Assembly (NCBI GenBank): GCA_035517195.1
Contig: DATIZH010000040.1
Location: forward strand, 55,310-119,309
Direction: 5' to 3'
Source of the DNA: Nitrospiria bacterium
GTDB taxonomy: Bacteria; Nitrospirota; Nitrospiria; JACQCE01
Length of the DNA stretch: 64,000 nucleotides
The notes below the pieces were generated by a model. That model was given only the letters and a program-made list of their open reading frames with translations, ran no database searches and was not told the DNA's origin. A program made the position numbers and the translations under genes. Of the stretch, positions 50,516 through 60,475 are shown one piece after another (within the stretch, counting starts at the first letter, position 1; each line of letters starts with the position of its first letter).

Positions 50516-53348
50516 TGCCCAGCGTGAAATGAAACTCATACGGGCTTTCATTGATGCGGATGACGGGAGAGGCGTTGGTATAGTACACGTCAATGCGCCG
50601 AAGTTTGTACCCCCAGTCGAGACGCAATGGCCCCACCGGGGTATTATACCTGATCCCCACGCCGACTGAAAATTTCACCTCTGCGAGATTGACGGCGTTG
50701 GGTTTGGTCCAGACGTTCCCCCCGTCCAGGAACAGCACCAGCCCCAGATGAGCCGGCAGCGCAATGCGGGATTCGACATTCGTCAGGAGCATGACGTTTC
50801 CGCCGATGGGGTCGCCGCTGGCGGAAATGGTGGAATCGGGAGAGATCATGACGTTGCCGGGGTTATTGGGATCCTTCACGACACGGAGCACCCCGAGGGT
50901 ATCCTGCAGGTAGCCCCTGACGGTACTGAGCCCGCCGAGGTAGAACCGTTCGCCGAGGGGGATCAGCGTGGTGTTCCCGAACTCCTTAGCAATGCCCCCC
51001 CGCGCGGACAGGGCGAAGACAATGACGGGATTGGGACTGAAAAACCAGCTGCTCGACGCGGTCGCCTTGACGAATTGGATTTGGGAGCCCAGGCTCAGCG
51101 CCGCATCCTCGAACGTCAGACTGTGGATGGATCCCCGGGTGGGGTTGAACGGGTCGTCGCGCAGGTCCAGAATCAGTCCGGGCATGATGCTGCCGATATT
51201 GACGCGATCCAATTCATCCGCCGGCAAGGTGGCCCCCGGCTGGATGTTATAGTGGTCTCTGCTGTAACGGTACAACAGCGAGAATTTCAACTGCGCGGTG
51301 AGGTTCTTGTCAAAGCCGATCGTGCCACCGTAACTTTCCCGTTTGAAGGTGACCTCCTGCATCGTCTCCGCGAACGTGGTGAACCGGAGATCGATGGGCA
51401 GCCCGGCCGCCCATGGCTCCACATAGTTGAGCACCGCCCGCTGCTCGATGAAATCGGCCTCGACGCGCAGGCTGATCCGGCGGCCCGTGCCGGCCAGATT
51501 TTTATGCGAGATCTGAACAAACCCGCGAACCTTTTCGTAGGACCCGTACCCTCCGCCGAACTCGACCGAACCGGCCGGCCGCTCGACCACCGACAGCTTC
51601 AGGTCTCTCAACAGCTCCACCTCCTGGGGTTCAACCGGCTCGATTTTGATATTCTGGAAGATGCCCAATCTGGCCAGATTGTGTCGGCTCTGCAATATGC
51701 GTTCGTAGTTAAAGGGGTCATCGGGATGGATCACGAGTTCCCTGCGGAGGACAACGTCGTCGGTCTCCTCGTTGCCCTCGATGTTGATCTTGCCCACAAA
51801 GGTCGGGGAACCCTCAGAGATGAGAAAGGATAAGCCCACACCGGTGCGGGGGGCGTTCATCTGCGGGTCCATGGAGACGGTTGCCGAGAGATACCCTTTG
51901 CTGGCGTAGAAGGCGAGCAACGCCAAGCGGTCGGCCCGGGCCTGCGCGGGGTCGAAGGGGAGGCCGACGCGGGCATGGATCGATTGCAGGAGGACCGAAT
52001 CGGGAACATGGACATTCCCGGCGAAGGTGATGCGATCGATGCGGGTTTGAACGCCTTCCCGGATCTCGAAGGCCAGATCGACCGTGCCCGTCCGGGTCTG
52101 CAGCAGTGTGCGGCTGTTCACCTCGGCCGACAGGAAACCCTCCTCGCGGTACCACTGGTGCACCCGAGCCTGATCCTCCTCCCATGCGACGCGATCAAAC
52201 AGGGGATGGTAAAGGTCCAGCATCGTGGGGCGCATCCGCAACGATTGACGCCAGAGCGCCACGTGATCCTCTTGCGCCCCGGTGACCGTCACGCGCCCCA
52301 CCGTGAACCGAGGCCCTGCGGCGATCTGAAAGTCCAGGGCGACCCGCTCGTGATCAGATGAATCGGTCCGCCGGACCTGGACGACGGCCGTCAGATATCC
52401 ATCATCGCGCAGGGCGCTTTGGACACGTTCGGCGCTGGCCTGCAGCACGTCCTCGTCCACGCTGCGCTCGGTCTGAATCAGCAGGCGTTCGCGAAGCGTC
52501 GAATCCCGCCAATAGGGATTGCCGGGAAAGTTGATGGTGATGCGGGGGCCTGCGTGCACGTTGATGGTCAGATCGACCTGATTGGTATTCGGGTTGTAGT
52601 GCACGGTGGGGGAATCGATGGCGGCGAGCAGGAAATCGTTGTCCTTGGTGTACAGCCGCTTAAGCTCGGCGATCCGGTCGCCCACGTCGCCGATGTAGAG
52701 CGCGCCCGGTGTCAGATCGAGGCGCTTGCGAACGTCCTGTTCTGGAAGTCCCAGTTGGCCCGTCAGGGCCACCTGTCCGATCAGCGCGGGTGGCCCTTCC
52801 TGGACCGTGATCACGATTCGGACACCGGTATGATCGGGGAGGGCGGTCACGGTTGGGGTGATCCGGGTCTGCATATAGCCGTGTTTGGCGTAGAACTGGA
52901 TCAGACGTGCCAGCGCGGTCTGCAGTTGTTCATGGCTGAACTCTTCGCCCTCGCTCAACTGCAGCACCTTGCGCAATCCACTGATGGAAAATGAGAGTGA
53001 TCGTCCCGTCATGATCAACTCCCGGATCCGCTGTTTGGCCCATACATGATAGGTTAATGCGACGCCGTCGGCGCGGGATTCGGCTTCCACGGCCACGGCG
53101 GCAAAGAGGCCGGTTTCATACAACCGGTTCACGCTGGTCCGGATCGCCGGGGAGTCAAATCGCCGGCCGACGCTAATACCGGACTGCCTCAGCAGGGTGT
53201 TGACGTCAAACGACGTGCGGCTATCCACGATGAGTGACACGATTGGCCGACCTTCGTAGGCGGCCAGGTCGATGGCCGGGACGGCGTCGGCCCGAGGGGG
53301 GGTGGAAGCCCAAGTGGCGTTCGACATGGCGGCCTGCGCAAGTACCAT
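50505..53348 (-). CDS. bamA: outer membrane protein assembly factor BamA (Omp85, multiple POTRA)
   Basis: POTRA-like repeats and C-terminal 16-strand barrel ending …FHFTLGNAF; ORF extends to 53519 but overlaps tamB, so start placed at internal ATG (uncertain, may be GTG). Confidence 0.8.
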   Translation of the reverse strand: MVLAQAAMSNATWASTPPRADAVPAIDLAAYEGRPIVSLIVDSRTSFDVNTLLRQSGISVGRRFDSPAIRTSVNRLYETGLFAAVAVEAESRADGVALTYHVWAKQRIRELIMTGRSLSFSISGLRKVLQLSEGEEFSHEQLQTALARLIQFYAKHGYMQTRITPTVTALPDHTGVRIVITVQEGPPALIGQVALTGQLGLPEQDVRKRLDLTPGALYIGDVGDRIAELKRLYTKDNDFLLAAIDSPTVHYNPNTNQVDLTINVHAGPRITINFPGNPYWRDSTLRERLLIQTERSVDEDVLQASAERVQSALRDDGYLTAVVQVRRTDSSDHERVALDFQIAAGPRFTVGRVTVTGAQEDHVALWRQSLRMRPTMLDLYHPLFDRVAWEEDQARVHQWYREEGFLSAEVNSRTLLQTRTGTVDLAFEIREGVQTRIDRITFAGNVHVPDSVLLQSIHARVGLPFDPAQARADRLALLAFYASKGYLSATVSMDPQMNAPRTGVGLSFLISEGSPTFVGKINIEGNEETDDVVLRRELVIHPDDPFNYERILQSRHNLARLGIFQNIKIEPVEPQEVELLRDLKLSVVERPAGSVEFGGGYGSYEKVRGFVQISHKNLAGTGRRISLRVEADFIEQRAVLNYVEPWAAGLPIDLRFTTFAETMQEVTFKRESYGGTIGFDKNLTAQLKFSLLYRYSRDHYNIQPGATLPADELDRVNIGSIMPGLILDLRDDPFNPTRGSIHSLTFEDAALSLGSQIQFVKATASSSWFFSPNPVIVFALSARGGIAKEFGNTTLIPLGERFYLGGLSTVRGYLQDTLGVLRVVKDPNNPGNVMISPDSTISASGDPIGGNVMLLTNVESRIALPAHLGLVLFLDGGNVWTKPNAVNLAEVKFSVGVGIRYNTPVGPLRLDWGYKLRRIDVYYTNASPVIRINESPYEFHFTLGNAF

Positions 53349-53427
53349 CAGCGCGAGGCCGGCGAGGGAGGGCAGCCGACACCACGTCCCCCGCGCCACG
53401 GCATTCCGGCCCCGTCCCGGCCCCTTG

Positions 53428-56400
53428 CTACCGGAAGTCAAATCGGAATTTGAGGTCGCCGCCGAAGCTTGGGCTGTCATCCGCGTCGAGCACCACCGAC
53501 ATATGAGGATTAAACTCATACTCCACCCGGTACGACTGTGGAGTGGTCGGATCCATGGGGCGAGAGTAAAGGAGGAGCAGGTGTTGGTCGAGCAGCGATT
53601 TGCCGACGGTCAGTTGCGGCCCTGTCACGAGGCCTAAGCGATTGACGGCCGAATCGATCTGGAAATAGTCGACTCCAATTTGTTGTGCGGGTTCCTCAAG
53701 AAATTCGTTGACCAGCAGGGAAGCGGCCTCGCTGGTGGCGACGCTACCGGCCCCGGCGGTGCTGACCTCTTCCGAGGTGCGACCGACCGTCAGGACCGAT
53801 AAGATGTCGGACTGGCTCAGGACCGGATCGGATGAGAGTTCCAGATCAAGCCGGTCGGCCTTGCCGGTCAACGACAGGTCAATTTCGTACTCCCTGACTC
53901 TGGCGCTGGCTTTCAGATCGATCACGGCGCGGGTCTGTTTGGGGTCGAGAAAATCGATCGATCCCTGCGAGACTCGAAACGGCGTATGCTGGAACGTGAA
54001 GGTTCCTCCGGTGGTGAAGATGCGGCCCACGATGACGGGATGCTCCACGGTTCCTCGAACTTCAAGGTCGATATCCAGCGGGAGCGTGGCAATATTGTTC
54101 CTGATCCAGATCGCCTGATGGCCCCAGAAATGCACCTGCAGCGCCACGCTGTTCAAAAAAGACGGGAGCGACAGCGTGATTGAGTTCAAGCCGGATTGTT
54201 GGCTGAGCAGCGTTTTCACGTCGAATCGTTTCGAATACGTGGCCCGCAGCAACTGCAGATCGCCTTTCAGCAGATGGAGCCCGCCGCCGGTCGACTGGTC
54301 GCTGGCCGGTCCTCCCTGCATCCAGAGAGAGCCGTCGACCATCCCGGTCAATCCTTCGATTGGGGCGATTGACACGTTGTTGAGCTCGACGAGGATGCGG
54401 TAATCCGCGGGACGCAGGCCGCGCAAGGTGATCCGTCCCGAGGCGAGAATACTGCCCTTGCCGAGGCCGCCTCGCAATTCATCCAGGACCAGTTGTTGTC
54501 CATCAAACACCAGATCGGCGTAGGTGATCGTCAACGACTGGTCGATCGCCTCCAGCCGGATCAACCCGTCCTGGATGCTGAGGCCGCCTGCCATCTTAGG
54601 GTCAAGCCAGCGATCCGAAATCTGGAGGGCAAGGTATCCCTTGCCCTTGCCGTAGGAGACCTTGGGGATGAAGAGGCGGAGAATTGAGAGGTCCCCTTCG
54701 CCGTGAACGAACAAATCATATCGCACGAAGGGGGTCAGGCTGCCCTCCACGGACAGGCTGGTGCCCGTGCCCGTCAATCGAGCCCGACGCACCTCGATCC
54801 GTCCGTTTCGGACCTCAAGCTCGACCGGACCATCGTTGACGATGGAATAATCAAGGATCTGCGCGGACAGCGCGGAGAACGCCAGTCGGCCTTGTAGATC
54901 GGGGGGCCCGGCAAATCGACCGGAGAGCTCCCCCTCGGTCGAAGCGGTCACCTTGACCTGCTCGGGCCAGGCGGGAATGAACGGCCGCAGGAGCAGGGCG
55001 ATCGGGAACTGGGCAACGCGCCACGTCACCCTCGCAGGGTAGTCGTTGCGCAGTTGCACCGTGCCTGCCGCGCTCAACTGCGGATCGTCCAGGGCGGCTG
55101 CGACGTCAAGTTGCGCGCCGGCCAGTCGTGCCGTGACCGAGCCGCGGCCCAGTGCTGAGGTCCCGACGGCCAGTGCGCTCAGAGCCAGCCGGCAATCCGC
55201 CTGCGGCTGCTGCCAGGTGCCGGAACCGGAGAGTGTCCCTGAGAGGATGCCGCTGACGAGCGGTGCGGCCGCGTGGATCGATCGCAGCGATTCCAGCGGC
55301 AGCCGGTCCACCCGGACGGTCGTCTGATACGTGCCATCAAATCCAATCCGGCCTGAACCGTGAAGGACCCCCTTGCCTTCGGTGAGGACCAGACGGGGAA
55401 AGGCGATCCCGTCGTGGGTCAGGTCCATCATCGCATCGCCGCCGGCGATCGGCTGTCCGAACAGCCGGCCATCCGTCACGTGGATCGGCCCTCGGAGATG
55501 GAACGACGAGGATGAGCCCATCAACGTGAACGTGCCGCCCGCCCGTCCGTCGATGGGAACGGCCACATCAATCACGCGAAGGATCCGTCCCAACTCGCTG
55601 TTGGCGACGGTGATGGAGGAATGAAAACGCACAGAAGCGGCCGAGGGAGGACCGGGGAGCCCTGAACGAGGTCGCCTCGCCGGAAACGTCACCGCTCCGC
55701 TGAAGTCGGCGATCCCGCCGCCTTGATGAAGGTGACCATTCTGTATGGTGAGGGTGCCGGCATTGTAATCGAAGGATACACTCCCATCATCGATCGATTC
55801 CCCGTGGTGGCCGAGCTGCCGGACGGTCATTGTTCCGGCCACGCGCGGCTGATCCCAACTCCCGGTTGCGCTGGCGGTGCCCGCAGAGGTGCCCGTCCAT
55901 CCCTCCAGGCCGGTGAGGCCGGCCGAGGCGGCCCAGTCGCCGAGTTCGCTCAGGTCGGTAACTTGCCAGGAGCCGGACAGCGCCATCGATCCGTGTACGG
56001 CGACGATGCCCTGCACCGCCAGCTGATTATCACGCCGGCTGACGACTTCGAAACGACGAACGGTGAGCTGGTCGGCGCGCCATTGCGCATCTGCCGTCAT
56101 GCGGGAAAGCCGGCGCAGCGCATCGCGCAGCGGGGAAGGCGGGGGTGAGGCTGTGGAAGACGGCCGAGCGGGTTCATCGGCCTCGACGGTGACCCGCCCT
56201 TCACCGCTCAGGTGGGGAAGCGTCCACCCGTCCCCGCGCACGGCCAGACGACCGCTTGCTCGCCCGTCCGGTACATCGGACAAGGAGGCCACGAACCGGC
56301 GCAACGGGGGACCCGCTTGCAGCCCGGTGAATTCGACCACCGCATCGAAGGCGGGTCGAGACGGGGGGAATGAAGCGGTCGCGTGGCCGTCGACCGTCCC

Positions 56401-57471
56401 ATTCAGCATCGCACCGGTCACGCGCGTCAGCGTCAGACGGGCCTGATGCCACTGCCAGAGCGCGGTCGCCGTGCCGATCGGCAGGCTGTCAATCGTCAGG
56501 TGATCGAGGTCCGCATGCCCGGAGAGCGTGAGGGCCGCCGCGGTGCGCCATGGATCCGGCCCAGCCGTCCAAGGTCCGGCAATTTTCGCCTCCATGTCCA
56601 GCGCGCCCGCCCAGGTATGATCGGCCGGCAGCCACGGCTTGAGCTGGCTGAGCGGCAGGGAGGCCGTGACATCCAGATGGAGCGCATGCGCGGCGTTGAG
56701 ATCCACCGTGCCGTCGAGGGAGAAGCGGTTGTCCGGCCCGTTCACGCTCAGCCGGTGCAACGTCAGGCGGTCGGGGCTCCAGTTGGCCCGTCCGCTCATC
56801 GAGGTGACCACCTGGCCCCAGTCGCCACGATTCAAGCGTGCGCGTCCCTTGGTCAGAATGAATGTGGCCCGTTTGAACACCAGTCCGAAATCGGCGGTGC
56901 CGTTGAGCTGGTCGGCTTCGGCATGAACCTGGGAACCCGGATCGGTGTAACGGACGGTGCCGTCATGAATGGAAATCTGTCGGACCAGGATGGGTGCGGC
57001 CCCTTCATGGGGTCGGATGGACTGCATGACATGTGCGACGCGATCGGGGGTCAGCTCCAGCGCGGGCGTGTCAATGAGGACATGTTGAATGATGATATGG
57101 TCGGCCAGTAGCGAGAGCAGGCTGAACCGAACTTCGACCGAGCTGACCGTCAACACCGGAGACGGATCCGCATCGGGACTGCCGACCCGCATCCGTTGAA
57201 GGATGACGGCCGAAGGGAACCAATGGATGCGCACTCCCTCTAGGCTGACGGGCAGGCGCAGTTCCTCGCTCAACACGGTTTGGATCGAGCGGCTGGCCAA
57301 CTGGGTGAGACGGGCTTGAGCCACAACAAGGCCGATCAGCAGAAGCGCGGCCACCCCCGTAAGGCCGATCACCCATCGAAGCACTCGTCGTCGAGGAGAC
57401 GGCGAAGGGGGAGCAGGGGGGAGGGGAGGAGGCGGCGTGTCGGACAGCGAAGGCGGTTCGTCCGGCGTCAC
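53428..57471 (-). CDS. tamB: translocation and assembly module protein TamB (DUF490)
   Basis: 1347 aa, N-terminal signal-anchor, long beta-rich repetitive body, conserved C-terminal DUF490 region (…LSLTGKADRLDLELSSDP…). Confidence 0.8.
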   Translation of the reverse strand: MTPDEPPSLSDTPPPPLPPAPPSPSPRRRVLRWVIGLTGVAALLLIGLVVAQARLTQLASRSIQTVLSEELRLPVSLEGVRIHWFPSAVILQRMRVGSPDADPSPVLTVSSVEVRFSLLSLLADHIIIQHVLIDTPALELTPDRVAHVMQSIRPHEGAAPILVRQISIHDGTVRYTDPGSQVHAEADQLNGTADFGLVFKRATFILTKGRARLNRGDWGQVVTSMSGRANWSPDRLTLHRLSVNGPDNRFSLDGTVDLNAAHALHLDVTASLPLSQLKPWLPADHTWAGALDMEAKIAGPWTAGPDPWRTAAALTLSGHADLDHLTIDSLPIGTATALWQWHQARLTLTRVTGAMLNGTVDGHATASFPPSRPAFDAVVEFTGLQAGPPLRRFVASLSDVPDGRASGRLAVRGDGWTLPHLSGEGRVTVEADEPARPSSTASPPPSPLRDALRRLSRMTADAQWRADQLTVRRFEVVSRRDNQLAVQGIVAVHGSMALSGSWQVTDLSELGDWAASAGLTGLEGWTGTSAGTASATGSWDQPRVAGTMTVRQLGHHGESIDDGSVSFDYNAGTLTIQNGHLHQGGGIADFSGAVTFPARRPRSGLPGPPSAASVRFHSSITVANSELGRILRVIDVAVPIDGRAGGTFTLMGSSSSFHLRGPIHVTDGRLFGQPIAGGDAMMDLTHDGIAFPRLVLTEGKGVLHGSGRIGFDGTYQTTVRVDRLPLESLRSIHAAAPLVSGILSGTLSGSGTWQQPQADCRLALSALAVGTSALGRGSVTARLAGAQLDVAAALDDPQLSAAGTVQLRNDYPARVTWRVAQFPIALLLRPFIPAWPEQVKVTASTEGELSGRFAGPPDLQGRLAFSALSAQILDYSIVNDGPVELEVRNGRIEVRRARLTGTGTSLSVEGSLTPFVRYDLFVHGEGDLSILRLFIPKVSYGKGKGYLALQISDRWLDPKMAGGLSIQDGLIRLEAIDQSLTITYADLVFDGQQLVLDELRGGLGKGSILASGRITLRGLRPADYRILVELNNVSIAPIEGLTGMVDGSLWMQGGPASDQSTGGGLHLLKGDLQLLRATYSKRFDVKTLLSQQSGLNSITLSLPSFLNSVALQVHFWGHQAIWIRNNIATLPLDIDLEVRGTVEHPVIVGRIFTTGGTFTFQHTPFRVSQGSIDFLDPKQTRAVIDLKASARVREYEIDLSLTGKADRLDLELSSDPVLSQSDILSVLTVGRTSEEVSTAGAGSVATSEAASLLVNEFLEEPAQQIGVDYFQIDSAVNRLGLVTGPQLTVGKSLLDQHLLLLYSRPMDPTTPQSYRVEYEFNPHMSVVLDADDSPSFGGDLKFRFDFR

Positions 57472-57929
57472 CGTGCGCCTCCAGGCGGCGCAGGAGGCCC
57501 GGAACGATTCTGCTCCACGAAGGTCAGGCGAAGGGTATAGAGCAGTTGCTGAAGCAGTTGTTGTTCGTCGGAAGAGAGGTTGCCTGCGGTTTTCTGTTCC
57601 ACCACGCCCAGCAGGTCGATGAGGTGGCGGGCGTGATCGAGATCGGGCGGCTGGTCAGCTGCGGCCCCAGCGGAGGCCTCCGTTCCGAGCGGGAACTGTG
57701 CTCCCAGTGCGGCGAAGGCAGACGTCCCGAGGCTGAGGATCAATTCGGAGAGTGAGGCGGGCTGAAGGACCGTTCGCCGATCGGCCTGTCCCTGATCGGG
57801 ATGACCGGCGGCAGATGAGGGGGCTGGAGGAGAGGCCGGCGGCGGAGAAGGACGGGGGGGTGGGGAAGAAGCGGTCTCTCCTTGACTGCGACGACGGTCT
57901 CGAACGGTAAACGGAGATTCATCACCCAT
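57468..57929 (-). CDS. hypothetical Pro-rich protein, first gene of tamB-bamA operon
   Basis: 153 aa, ATGA overlap with tamB start; C-terminal conserved-looking segment HLIDLLGVVEQKTAGNLSSDEQQLLQQLLYTLRLTFVE. Confidence 0.4.
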   Translation of the reverse strand: MGDESPFTVRDRRRSQGETASSPPPRPSPPPASPPAPSSAAGHPDQGQADRRTVLQPASLSELILSLGTSAFAALGAQFPLGTEASAGAAADQPPDLDHARHLIDLLGVVEQKTAGNLSSDEQQLLQQLLYTLRLTFVEQNRSGPPAPPGGAR

Positions 57930-58274
57930 GATGGCGTGTCTCCCACGCTGTCCCTGAAATTTCAGTCGAAAACACGCACCATCAGCCTATCACAGCCTCG
58001 TGGTCTTTGCAAGCAATTCCATGATGTTGCGATCATTCTTGAACACGGTATAATGGCAGCCATGGAAGAGCCGATCACCTGTGGACCTTGAATCGAAGGC
58101 GGAGGGGGAATCAAGACCAGAACGGCACGGATGCAGCAAGCGAGTACGCCTGCGGAGTCATGCAATTAGGGGTGCGGTGGTTCGAGGGTCGGGATCGTTG
58201 GGCGGATTCGGAGGCACGTCCCCGGGTTCGGGCGAACGGTTCGTGCGAGTAGACGAAGGGGGAGGACGGGTGTC

Positions 58275-59144
58275 ATGTCCACGGCATTTGAGCGGTTGGT
58301 AGAGGTCATGAGGCAGTTACGCGGCGAAGGCGGGTGTCCGTGGGACCGGCAACAGACACGCGAAAGTTTGACGCCGTTCCTTCTCGAGGAGACCCATGAG
58401 GTGCTGGAGGCGATCGAGTCCGGCCAGTCCGACGCTGTGAAGGAGGAACTGGGCGATCTGTTGTTCCAGGTGCTCTTTCACGCGCAGATTGCGTCAGAGA
58501 AGGGGGAATTTGACATCGATGACATCGTCGAGAACACCGTCAGGAAAATGACCCGCCGTCATCCGCATGTGTTCGAACCCGAGGGGAACCCGCTGACCGG
58601 CTCCGGCGCCGTCGGGGAGTCGACCCCGGCCCGGGTCCTGGCCAGATGGGAGGCGATGAAGCGCCAGGAGGCGGGCCATCGCGCGCGCACGTCTGCCGTG
58701 CAAGGGGTTCCGCGGTCGCTGCCCGCGTTGTTACGCGCGCATCAGGTCCAGGCCAAGGCGGCACGGGTAGGATTCGACTGGCCTGGGCCCAGACCGGTTC
58801 TGGCCAAAGTCGAAGAGGAATGGCGGGAATTGACCGAGGCGATCGACGGGCAGCCCCGCTCGAGGCAAGAGGAGGAATTGGGTGATTTGCTGTTTGCCGC
58901 CGTCAATCTGGCTCGTCATCTGCGTTGCGACCCCGAATCGGCATTACATCGGGCGACGCAGCGTTTTATTGACCGATTTCAACGGATGGAGCAGCTGGCC
59001 GAGGCGCAGGGCCGGCCTCTTGAGCCGTCGGAGACCGACAGCGGCTGGACATCGGGAGAGCTCGACCGGTTGTGGGAGCAGGTGAAGTCTCGCGAGCGAT
59101 CAGAGAGCTGGGAACAAGGGGGAGGGCCGGGCGAACAGGCGTAG
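58275..59144 (+). CDS. mazG: nucleoside triphosphate pyrophosphohydrolase MazG (tandem MazG domains)
   Basis: Two EExxE/D motifs (EETHEVLEAIE…EELGDLLFQV; EEWRELTEAID…EELGDLLFAAV). Confidence 0.85.
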   Translation: MSTAFERLVEVMRQLRGEGGCPWDRQQTRESLTPFLLEETHEVLEAIESGQSDAVKEELGDLLFQVLFHAQIASEKGEFDIDDIVENTVRKMTRRHPHVFEPEGNPLTGSGAVGESTPARVLARWEAMKRQEAGHRARTSAVQGVPRSLPALLRAHQVQAKAARVGFDWPGPRPVLAKVEEEWRELTEAIDGQPRSRQEEELGDLLFAAVNLARHLRCDPESALHRATQRFIDRFQRMEQLAEAQGRPLEPSETDSGWTSGELDRLWEQVKSRERSESWEQGGGPGEQA

Positions 59145-59241
59145 CGTGCTGGGTCGGGAAGGCCACCCCCCCTCCATTGCTTGCGAGATTCTCCTCGATC
59201 TCGTATACTCACTCATGGGATTTTCTGTCGGTTCGGAGCGC

Positions 59242-60450
59242 ATGATGCCGGTGTATTCATGTCGGGTGGGACGGGCGGATGGGACCGTCACAGTTGAGCG
59301 GATTGAAGCGGAGAGCGCGGAACGCGCCACCGCCCGGCTGCAGGAGCTTGGCTATCTGATTTTCTCCGTCCGGCCCCGGTTCACCGATTGGTCGGGGCTG
59401 ACCAGCCGGTCAACTCGGTTTGGGTTGCAAGAGTTTCTCATTTTCAATCAAGAGCTGTCCGCATTGCTCAAGGCGGGCATCCCGATTTTGCGGACGCTCG
59501 ATCTGTTGATCGACCGGTCCGTGCACCCCGGATTCCGGGATGCGTTGACGCAGGTGCGCGATCTGGTCAAAGGCGGGGCGTCGTTGTCGGAGGCGATGGG
59601 TCGGTTTCCGGTATATTTTTCAGATCTGTATGTGGCGTCGCTGCGCTCCGGCGAACAAACCGGTCACGTGGTGGAAGTGATCGCACGCCACCTGGCCTTT
59701 TTGCGGCGGATGGCCGCGGTCAAGGGGAAGGTTCGCTCCGCCATGGCCTACCCGATTTTCCTGGTGTCGGTCGGGCTGGTGGTGATCACCTTCCTGATGC
59801 TGTATGTCGTGCCGAGCTTTGCCGAAGTCTATCGAGATGCCAGGGTGGAGCTTCCGCTGCTGACACGGGTGTTTCTGGCCTTTGTGCAGGTTGTGCGCCA
59901 TCAAGGGCTCTGGGTCCTGGGGGGAATCGCACTGCTGGCCGTGATCATGCGGGTTGTCGTCAGGAAGGCGCAGGCGCGCACCTGGTGGCATCGGTGGCTG
60001 CTGCGTGTGCCCGTCCTGGGCCGCGCGGTGCGGCTCCATTACCTGGTCGGCATGACGAGAACCCTGGCGATGACGCTGCAGAGCGGCATCCCGTTGGTGG
60101 CTGCGCTGCGGATGGTGCAGGCCTCCTCGACCAACCTCATCTTCACCACCGGCGTGGCACAGGTGACCGAGGCCGTGGTGAGCGGCAGCGGCCTCGCCCA
60201 GGCGATAGGACGGGTGAAATTGCTGCCCCGCATGTCGGTTGAAATGATCGAGATCGGAGAAACCGCCGGTGCGCTGCCGGACATGCTTAACGAGGTATCA
60301 GAATTTCATGAGGGCGAGCTGGACCGCCTGTTGAGCCGACTCATGACCTGGATCGAGCCCACGATTCTGCTGATCATGGGCGGGTTGGTGGCGATCATCG
60401 TGATCGCCATGTATCTGCCGATCTTTTACCTGGCCGGGACGATTCAATAA
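59242..60450 (+). CDS. pilC: type IV pilus / T2SS inner-membrane platform protein (PilC/GspF)
   Basis: Two GspF repeats, 3 TM; ATG 59242 in frame of ORF 59146..60450. Confidence 0.85.
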   Translation: MMPVYSCRVGRADGTVTVERIEAESAERATARLQELGYLIFSVRPRFTDWSGLTSRSTRFGLQEFLIFNQELSALLKAGIPILRTLDLLIDRSVHPGFRDALTQVRDLVKGGASLSEAMGRFPVYFSDLYVASLRSGEQTGHVVEVIARHLAFLRRMAAVKGKVRSAMAYPIFLVSVGLVVITFLMLYVVPSFAEVYRDARVELPLLTRVFLAFVQVVRHQGLWVLGGIALLAVIMRVVVRKAQARTWWHRWLLRVPVLGRAVRLHYLVGMTRTLAMTLQSGIPLVAALRMVQASSTNLIFTTGVAQVTEAVVSGSGLAQAIGRVKLLPRMSVEMIEIGETAGALPDMLNEVSEFHEGELDRLLSRLMTWIEPTILLIMGGLVAIIVIAMYLPIFYLAGTIQ

Positions 60451-60475
60451 CCGGTCTTCACACGATTGCGGGACA

